Assembly: GCA_903920205.1 (NCBI GenBank)
Contig: CAIXLI010000110.1
Coordinates: forward strand, 1 to 61,065
DNA: 61,065 nucleotides
Origin: an uncultured Pseudomonadota bacterium
GTDB lineage: Bacteria; Pseudomonadota; Alphaproteobacteria; UBA9219
Direction of reading: 5' to 3'
Part shown: one piece after another, positions 54,365-61,065 of the stretch
How the letters are laid out: each line of letters starts with the position of its first letter
Numbering within the stretch: the first letter of the stretch is position 1
Translations under genes and position numbers: made by a program
The notes under the pieces: generated by a model
What the model was told of the DNA's origin: nothing
The model's input: the letters and a program-made list of their open reading frames with translations, nothing else
Databases searched by the model: none

Positions 54365-57058
54365 ATGGACGATCTTCTCCGCGACTTCCTTACGGAGACT
54401 TCTGAGAATCTAGCGACTCTCGATGTCGAGCTTGTAAGATTGGAACAGAACCCCAACGACCCCGATCTGATCGGCAGCATCTTCCGCCTCGTTCATACGA
54501 TTAAGGGCACTTGCGGATTCCTTGGTCTGCCGCGCCTCGAACATCTGGCGCATGCGGGTGAGAACGTTTTGGGTAAATTCCGTGATCGAGAATTACAAGT
54601 TACACCGGTCGCCGTCGATCTTATTCTGGCCTCGATTGACAGAATTAAGGCCCTGCTGAACTACCTTGAACAACATGAAGTCGAGTCTCCCGAAGGCAAT
54701 GACGAAGATTTGATAGCCTCGCTCAACGCGATGGCGGAAGGCAAATTGGGCGGACAGACCGCATCGGCGGCAAAAGAGGAAGCGCCGAAGGCTCAGGAAG
54801 CCGCGCCGAGCGCACCTTCCGTCGTTGATCCCTTCGCGCCGGACGAATTCGGGTTTGTGCCCGTTCCTGCAGGCGATATGGCAACGTTGAGCGCGAACAT
54901 GAATGGCGGAAAACCGATCGAACCTCCCCCGACAGCCAAGGCAGCCACAGTCGCCACGGTCGTCGCGCCTTCGGGCGAGGGACAAACCGGTAAGTCCGGT
55001 GCCGCGTCCATTGCCGATCAGTCTATTCGCGTGAATGTCGATCAGCTGGAAACGCTGATGACAACCGTCAGCGAATTGGTTCTGACCCGCAATCAGTTGC
55101 TGCAAATCTTGCGCGGGCAGAAGGACAGTTCCTTTGCCGCGCCATTGCAGCGCCTGAATCAAGTCACGTCCGAATTACAGGAAGGCGTGATGAAAACGCG
55201 CATGCAGCCTATCGGCAATGCATGGGCAAAACTGCCACGCATCATCCGCGATCTGGCGCATGAATTGAATAAAAAGATCGAGCTGCAAATGCTTGGCGCC
55301 GAAACAGAACTGGATCGGCAGGTGTTGGAGCTGATTAAGGATCCTTTGACCCATATGGTGCGCAATTCGGCCGATCACGGTATCGAAACGCCTGCCGAAC
55401 GCCTTCGCGCAGGCAAGCCGGAAACCGGTATCGTGACGCTGAACGCCTATCATGAAGGCGGTCACATTATCATCGACATTCTGGACGACGGCAGAGGTCT
55501 GGCGGTCGATAAAATTCGCGCCAAGATTTTGGAAAAAGGCTTGGCGAGCGAATCCGAGCTGGCGGCAATGACCGAGCAGCAAGTGATGCAGTTCATCTTC
55601 AAGGCTGGCTTTTCGACCGCCGAAGCGGTTACCTCAGTGTCCGGTCGCGGCGTCGGCATGGATGTCGTGCGCACCAACATCGAACGCATCGGCGGCACCG
55701 TCGATTTTAAGTCGGTCGCAGGCAAAGGCTCGTCCTTCTCGATCAAGATACCGCTTACGCTGGCGATCGTGTCCGCGTTGATCGTCGAATGTCTGGATGA
55801 GCGTTTTGCAATTCCACAGATCAGCGTCGTCGAATTGGTCAAGGCTTCGCCCACCAGCGAACACCGCATCGAACTGATTAACGAAACGCCCGTGCTTCGT
55901 CTGCGCAACCGTTTGCTACCTTTGGTGTCATTGCGCAAAACGCTGAAATTGGGCGAAGACGATATTCAGGCGAACGGCAACGCTTTCGTGGTTGTCGTTC
56001 AGGTCGGTAATTCGACCTTCGGCGTTATCGTCGACCGCGTGTTTGATACCGAAGAAATCGTGGTGAAGCCCGTCGCGCTGATCTTGCGCAATATCGGGCT
56101 TTTCTCCGGCAACACCATTCTTGGCGACGGCAGCGTCATCATGATCCTCGACCTCAACGCCATCGTGATGCATGCGGGCGACGTTCACAGCCCGGCAGCG
56201 CGCGGTCAGGCCATCGCCTCGGCGCATGTGGGGCATGGAGAAACCAAACAATCGCTGCTCCTGTTCCGCGCCGGAGAAGGGGCGCAGAAGGCAGTGCCCT
56301 TGGCGCTGGTGGCGCGTTTGGAGGAAATCGATTGCGCGACGCTCGAATACTCGGAAGGCGTTCCGATGGTTCAGTATCGCGGCAAGCTAATGCCGTTGGT
56401 TCCCGTCACCCAGGGTGTGGCTATTCCCAAGGTAGGCACGCAGGCGGTTCTGGTCTTCGCCGACAAGGACAAGCATATGGGGTTGATGGTTGACGAAATT
56501 CTGGATATCGTCGAAGAACGCCTACAAGTTGATCTGTCGGGGCGTCGTCCGGGCACTTTGGGCACATCCATTATTTCCGGCAAGGCCACCGATGTCGTCG
56601 ATGCGGCTTTCTATCTGTCGCAAGCGTTCCAAAGCTGGTTTGGCGAAGACGACGGCGCTTTTGACGGCGATGTGTCGCGCCGCGTGTTGTTGGTCGATGA
56701 CAGCCCGTTCTTCCGCAACCTGTTGACCCCTTTGCTGACGGTAGCGGGTTACGACGTCACGGCGGTTGAGAACGCCAACGAGGCGCTGAAGCTCCAGGAA
56801 GACGGAGCGTCCTTCGACGCGATCGTCAGCGATATCGAGATGCCGAACATGAACGGCTTTGACTTCGTTTCCGCTCTGCGCGGTGGCGAAGGCAAGTGGA
56901 GCAAGCTGCCGATCTTTGCGATGTCGTCCCACGCAACGCCGCGCGATCTGGAGCGGGGAAGGCAGGCCGGCTTCACCGACTATGTCGCTAAATTCAACAG
57001 GGAGGGCTTGCTGAACGCCTTGCACGAAAGCCTGAAACAAGGGGGGAACCTGTCATGA
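54365..57058 (+). CDS. cheA: Hybrid chemotaxis kinase CheA (Hpt, HATPase, two CheW-like domains, REC)
   Basis: 'FRLVHTIKG', 'HMVRNSADHGIE', 'DDGRG', 'SGRGVGMDVV', C-terminal REC 'LVDDS...SDIEMP'. Confidence 0.96.
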   Translation: MDDLLRDFLTETSENLATLDVELVRLEQNPNDPDLIGSIFRLVHTIKGTCGFLGLPRLEHLAHAGENVLGKFRDRELQVTPVAVDLILASIDRIKALLNYLEQHEVESPEGNDEDLIASLNAMAEGKLGGQTASAAKEEAPKAQEAAPSAPSVVDPFAPDEFGFVPVPAGDMATLSANMNGGKPIEPPPTAKAATVATVVAPSGEGQTGKSGAASIADQSIRVNVDQLETLMTTVSELVLTRNQLLQILRGQKDSSFAAPLQRLNQVTSELQEGVMKTRMQPIGNAWAKLPRIIRDLAHELNKKIELQMLGAETELDRQVLELIKDPLTHMVRNSADHGIETPAERLRAGKPETGIVTLNAYHEGGHIIIDILDDGRGLAVDKIRAKILEKGLASESELAAMTEQQVMQFIFKAGFSTAEAVTSVSGRGVGMDVVRTNIERIGGTVDFKSVAGKGSSFSIKIPLTLAIVSALIVECLDERFAIPQISVVELVKASPTSEHRIELINETPVLRLRNRLLPLVSLRKTLKLGEDDIQANGNAFVVVVQVGNSTFGVIVDRVFDTEEIVVKPVALILRNIGLFSGNTILGDGSVIMILDLNAIVMHAGDVHSPAARGQAIASAHVGHGETKQSLLLFRAGEGAQKAVPLALVARLEEIDCATLEYSEGVPMVQYRGKLMPLVPVTQGVAIPKVGTQAVLVFADKDKHMGLMVDEILDIVEERLQVDLSGRRPGTLGTSIISGKATDVVDAAFYLSQAFQSWFGEDDGAFDGDVSRRVLLVDDSPFFRNLLTPLLTVAGYDVTAVENANEALKLQEDGASFDAIVSDIEMPNMNGFDFVSALRGGEGKWSKLPIFAMSSHATPRDLERGRQAGFTDYVAKFNREGLLNALHESLKQGGNLS

Positions 57059-57549
57059 GTACGCTTCCGACTTCCACCGCGGGAACGGCTCTGGTCGCCG
57101 TCGAAGACGCGACGCAGGGCATGTTCGTGACGATGACCATAGCGAACCAGATTTTTGGCATTCCCGTCCTCAAGGTGCAAGACGTTCTGGGGCCGCAGCG
57201 CATCGCGCATGTTCCCTTGGCACCGCCGGAAATTTTGGGGTCGCTCAACCTACGCGGACGCATTGTGACGGCGGTCGATGCACGCACGCGTCTCGGCCTC
57301 CCTCCGCGCAGCGACTCGACCGAGGGCATGAGCGTGGTCGTAGAACATGCGGGTGAGTTGTACAGCGTTGTCGTAGACAAGGTCGGCGAGGTCATGAGCC
57401 TCCCCGCCGCCGATTTCGAACGGAATCCGGCGACCCTTGACCCCCGCTGGCAGGAAATTTCGAACGGTATCTATCGTTTGCAAGGCACTTTGTTGGTTGT
57501 TATCGACGTTCCTCGTTTTCTACGGCTGGATCAGGCGCACGCTGCCTAG
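57055..57549 (+). CDS. cheW: Chemotaxis coupling protein
   Basis: 'FGIPV..VQDV', 'GSLNLRGRIV', 'VVDKVGEV'. Confidence 0.95.
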   Translation: MSTLPTSTAGTALVAVEDATQGMFVTMTIANQIFGIPVLKVQDVLGPQRIAHVPLAPPEILGSLNLRGRIVTAVDARTRLGLPPRSDSTEGMSVVVEHAGELYSVVVDKVGEVMSLPAADFERNPATLDPRWQEISNGIYRLQGTLLVVIDVPRFLRLDQAHAA

Positions 57550-57599
57550 CTTTGTCGCTGAAGATGGGGGGGATTTACTGTGAAAGCGAGAGCCTTATC

Positions 57600-57971
57600 A
57601 TGAAGACTTGTCTGATCGTCGATGATAGCCGCGTCATCCGCAAGGTTGCGCGCCAGATCTTTGAAGCCATAGGCTACGTCTGCGAAGACGCCGAAAACGG
57701 TCAAGTCGCTCTCGACGCGTGCAAGGCGAAGCTGCCTGACTTTATTCTGCTTGATTGGAACATGCCTGTGATGAACGGCATGGAGTTTCTCCATGCGCTG
57801 CGCCAACTGCCCGGCGGGGACCGCCCCAGCGTCGTCTTCTGCACGACAGAAAACGATCTCGGGCACATTCAGGAAGCCATGGGGGCTGGCGCGAACGAAT
57901 ATATTATGAAGCCGTTTGATGCCGATATCATCCGCGGCAAACTTGAACAACTAGGGCTGATTGAAAATTAA
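57600..57971 (+). CDS. cheY: Chemotaxis response regulator
   Basis: 'LIVDDS', 'LDWNMP', 'YIMKPF'; start ATG 57600. Confidence 0.93.
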   Translation: MKTCLIVDDSRVIRKVARQIFEAIGYVCEDAENGQVALDACKAKLPDFILLDWNMPVMNGMEFLHALRQLPGGDRPSVVFCTTENDLGHIQEAMGAGANEYIMKPFDADIIRGKLEQLGLIEN

Positions 57972-59130
57972 CGGAAGTATGATGTCATTGACTCCTCCCC
58001 CTGCCGTCAAGTCGACGGCGAACGATTCGCCTCAGGTGCGCGTGCTTATTGTCGACGACTCTTTGGTCATTCGCGGCTTTATCGCGCGCGCGCTGGATAG
58101 CGATCCCGCCTTTAAAGTCGTGGCGACCGCCAGCAACGGCCAGTTCGCCGTCGATTCCCTACGTCGCACGCCCGCCGACGTCGTTATTCTCGATATCGAA
58201 ATGCCGGTCATGGACGGTTTGACGGCGATCCCCAAACTGAAAGAGATTGATCCGGCCGTGCAAATTGTCATGGCCTCGACCCTGACGCAAAGGAACGCGG
58301 AGATCAGCATCAAGGCCATGTCCTTGGGCGCGACCGATTATTTGCCCAAGCCTTCTGCGCGGGAAATGGCCGTTCCCGGAGAGTTTCAACGTAATTTGCG
58401 GGAAAAAGTCAGAGCTCTTGGCGCAATTGCGTGGAGCAAGAACGTCCGCCAGACGCCCCAAAGAACGACCACCGGTTTTTCTTCCGCGCCTGCCGAGAAA
58501 AAGAAAATTACTTTGCGCCCGATGCCGATCACCAAGCCTGATGTTATAGCCATCGGCTCTTCGACCGGCGGCCCACAAGCCCTGTTCGAAGTCATCAAAT
58601 CCATAGGCGCTGGCCTGTCGCAGCCCATCGTCATCACTCAACATATGCCGCCCGCTTTTACGACCATTCTTGCCGATCATATCAGTAAGCAATGCGGCGT
58701 TTTATGCGCGGAAGCGAAAGACGGCGAAGTGCTTCGCGCCGGAAATTACTATGTTGCCCCGGGTGATTTCCATATGCTGATCGTCAAAAAGCCGGAAGGC
58801 CCCACGGTTCGTTTGGTCAAAGATCCTCCTGAAAATTTCTGCCGCCCTGCGGTCGATCCCATGCTGCGTTCGCTGGTCGAAGTCTATGGTGGGCGCATTC
58901 TTACCGTGATCCTGACGGGCATGGGGCAAGACGGCATGAAAGGCGGCGAAGCCGTCGTCAATGCAGGCGGAGCCGTGATCGCCCAAGATGAAGCGACAAG
59001 CGTAGTTTGGGGCATGCCGGGTGCTGTTGCCGTCGCCGGCCTTTGTTCCTCTCTTATGCCTATCGGTGAAATCGGTGCCATGGTGCGGCAGAGTGCGACC
59101 AAGATCCAAGGCTTGGGGGGCAGGGCATGA
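57961..59130 (+). CDS. cheB: Chemotaxis methylesterase
   Basis: REC 'LDIEMP'; catalytic 'GSSTGGP', 'QHM', 'TGMGQDG'; exact start uncertain. Confidence 0.95.
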   Translation: MKINGSMMSLTPPPAVKSTANDSPQVRVLIVDDSLVIRGFIARALDSDPAFKVVATASNGQFAVDSLRRTPADVVILDIEMPVMDGLTAIPKLKEIDPAVQIVMASTLTQRNAEISIKAMSLGATDYLPKPSAREMAVPGEFQRNLREKVRALGAIAWSKNVRQTPQRTTTGFSSAPAEKKKITLRPMPITKPDVIAIGSSTGGPQALFEVIKSIGAGLSQPIVITQHMPPAFTTILADHISKQCGVLCAEAKDGEVLRAGNYYVAPGDFHMLIVKKPEGPTVRLVKDPPENFCRPAVDPMLRSLVEVYGGRILTVILTGMGQDGMKGGEAVVNAGGAVIAQDEATSVVWGMPGAVAVAGLCSSLMPIGEIGAMVRQSATKIQGLGGRA

Positions 59131-59972
59131 AGCCGGAAGATTTCGAACTGTTCTCGACCCTAGTAAAGCAACGCTCAGGCCTCGTGCTGACTCCTGAAAA
59201 GGCCTATCTTCTGGAATCGCGCCTCTTCCCCGTCGCGCGTAAGCATAGCCTCAAGTCTTTGGAAGACATGGCGCAATCCTTGCGCGCCAGACGCGAGGAA
59301 ACCCTGATGTTCGACATCACCGAGGCGATGACGACGAATGAATCCTTTTTCTTCCGCGATCAGAAGCCTTTTACTCTTTTCCAAAAAACGCTTTTGCCAC
59401 GCTTGTTGACGGCGCGTGCCGCGAAAAAGCAAATCCGCATCTGGTCCGCAGCAGCATCGAGCGGACAAGAAGCTTATTCTTTGGCGATGATATGCGCCGA
59501 GGAAGCCGCCAAGCTTCAGGGCTGGAAGATCGACATTATCGGCACCGACTTGTCGCGTGAAATGGTTACACGAGCCAAAACGGGAATCTACTCCCAGTTC
59601 GAGGTGCAGCGCGGCCTTCCCGTGACGCATCTCGTCAAATACTTCCAGCAAATCGCAGGCGACAAATGGCAGATCAAAGATAACATCCGCCAGATGGTGC
59701 AATTCCGCGAAGGTAATTTGCTGACCGATTTCGGCGTCGCGGGGCCTTTCGACATCGTGTTTTGCCGCAACGTGTTGATCTATTTCGACCTGCCTACCAA
59801 GACGCGGGTTCTTGCCGCGATCAACGGCGTTATGCCTCCCGACGGATTTCTGGTCCTTGGCGGCGCGGAAACGGTCCTAGGCGTTTCCGACGCCTTCAAA
59901 ATCGTGACAGGCGAGCATGGGCTTTATGTCGGAGCATCCTTTGATGTCGCGCAGTTGGCAGCGACGAAGTAG
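59127..59972 (+). CDS. cheR: Chemotaxis methyltransferase
   Basis: 'TTNESFFFRD', 'WSAAASSGQEAYS', 'FCRNVLIYFD', 'GGAE'. Confidence 0.96.
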   Translation: MKPEDFELFSTLVKQRSGLVLTPEKAYLLESRLFPVARKHSLKSLEDMAQSLRARREETLMFDITEAMTTNESFFFRDQKPFTLFQKTLLPRLLTARAAKKQIRIWSAAASSGQEAYSLAMICAEEAAKLQGWKIDIIGTDLSREMVTRAKTGIYSQFEVQRGLPVTHLVKYFQQIAGDKWQIKDNIRQMVQFREGNLLTDFGVAGPFDIVFCRNVLIYFDLPTKTRVLAAINGVMPPDGFLVLGGAETVLGVSDAFKIVTGEHGLYVGASFDVAQLAATK

Positions 59973-59984
59973 GGGCGCAGCGGA

Positions 59985-60461
59985 TTAGAACTTGGGCGCT
60001 GCGGAGGGCTTCCTTGCCTTTGCGGAAGGCACAAATTCCCGCCGTATGGTGGCTGCGACGTGATAAGCATCAGGACTTTGAGCCTTGTGGATAATCTCGT
60101 CCATCTTTTCTCCTAAGTCATGCGCCATTGCCTTAGGATTTATTCCAAGCACCGTCTTTACTAATTTAAGAGCTGACTCGGCAGTTTTTTGAAATAAATT
60201 CTTATGTGCAATATCGGTAAGCCTCATAGCCAATGCCGATGTCGCTACCTGAGGATTCTGTGCCTGCCTTGTTTTTAGCGCAAATCCCACCATAGTAAGA
60301 ATCCTGTCTGCCTCGTTTTGAGCGACATCATCTTGAGCGACAAGGTCGACCATCTTATTGATCTCACTAGCGATGAACAGCCCGTTCGATGCATTGATTT
60401 CGTTTTTCTTGGTAATGACCTCTAATATATCTAAAGCTTGATATATACGAGATTTAGGCAT
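59985..60461 (-). CDS. Hypothetical alpha-helical protein
   Basis: 158-aa AT-richer ORF with GGAG/AGGA RBS; similar to the neighbouring ORF. Confidence 0.65.
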   Translation of the reverse strand: MPKSRIYQALDILEVITKKNEINASNGLFIASEINKMVDLVAQDDVAQNEADRILTMVGFALKTRQAQNPQVATSALAMRLTDIAHKNLFQKTAESALKLVKTVLGINPKAMAHDLGEKMDEIIHKAQSPDAYHVAATIRREFVPSAKARKPSAAPKF

Positions 60462-60506
60462 TTTCCTTCTCCTTCATTTATCGTCTGTTATGACGGAATG
60501 GTGTCG

Positions 60507-60887
60507 TTATAGAGAATACGTTTTTTGTTTGTGGAAACGTCTTTTGTGTTTTTTAGGTTTTTTCCTGACAGGGAAACTGATGGCACATAGGGCCATGGCT
60601 CTACTGCAAACAGCGGTACCTCGGGATTTTTGAAAGGCAAGGATGTTCAGTGCTTCTTTCAGCTCTTCCGTTGCTGCTTCGGGATAAAGCTTCAGAACTT
60701 TTTCTGCTAGACTGAGGGCTTGCACTTCAACAAAAGGCGCCGCGTCATAGTAAGAGGCAATCTTAATAAAGGCTAAGGCCAGATGGGGCGTTTCCGCCAC
60801 CGCTAATCCCGCCTCTTGATAGTCAAGGACGCACTCCAACATGCCAAGGATATCGGCGCATGCGGTTAGTGGGTTTGAGTCGTTCAT
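60507..60887 (-). CDS. Hypothetical alpha-helical protein, paralogue of 59985-60461
   Basis: Aligns by eye with the neighbour; K/R-rich C-tail; start uncertain. Confidence 0.6.
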   Translation of the reverse strand: MNDSNPLTACADILGMLECVLDYQEAGLAVAETPHLALAFIKIASYYDAAPFVEVQALSLAEKVLKLYPEAATEELKEALNILAFQKSRGTAVCSRAMALCAISFPVRKKPKKHKRRFHKQKTYSL

Positions 60888-61006
60888 GCGATGAAGACCG
60901 GCAAGGCGAACCAAAATATTAATTTGCTGCGCTAGCGTATTAATAAGTTCATAAGTAAGAGAACATAATTGTTGACGTGGCGAATCGGGTGTGATTCTCT
61001 GTGGGC

Positions 61007-61065
61007 ATGAGAAAAGACGACGCCCGCAAACTTGATCATCAAACGCTGGAAGCGATGAGGGAACG
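61007..61065 (+). mobile_element. 5' end of an IS630-family transposase, cut by the window edge
   Basis: ATG 61007 gives MRKDDARKLDHQTLEAMRE(R), an N-terminus I recognise from IS630 transposases; TA-rich segment near 60938 could be the left end. Confidence 0.65.

Noticed and set aside
1-61065. CRISPR arrays, tRNA/rRNA genes, prophage or defence systems
   Set aside because: No regularly spaced repeats, RNA-gene signatures, phage structural genes or known defence domains were seen by eye

Overview
Chromosomal window from an alphaproteobacterium, inferred from rcdA, chpT, lpxI, CtrA boxes and sigma54-type flagellar genes. Most of it is core genes: an HU-like protein, pfkA, flgFGAH, rpe, clpS, galE, secF, pepN, a SUF Fe-S operon, xseB-ispA, an NAD kinase and chpT-cheA-cheW-cheY-cheB-cheR. 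It also holds a glycosyltransferase/Wzx/Wzy-like polysaccharide cluster, a complete pgaABCD (PNAG) locus, a frameshifted IS4 element with intact ends, and the start of an IS630-like transposase at the right edge. The most interesting signals are: (1) a stand-alone IcmO/DotL-like type IVB coupling protein with a CtrA-like box upstream, plus several AT-richer orphan ORFs with basic C-terminal tails (including an anthrax-lethal-factor-like HEXXH metallopeptidase) that may be its substrates; (2) HAD and HD phosphohydrolase genes translationally coupled inside the SUF operon; (3) a palindromic repeat element read in frame inside sufD; (4) a PgaA with three 143-aa N-terminal modules; (5) an unannotated 47-aa ORF with a strong RBS and a CtrA-like site. 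All calls come from motif recognition by eye. No searches or computations were run.
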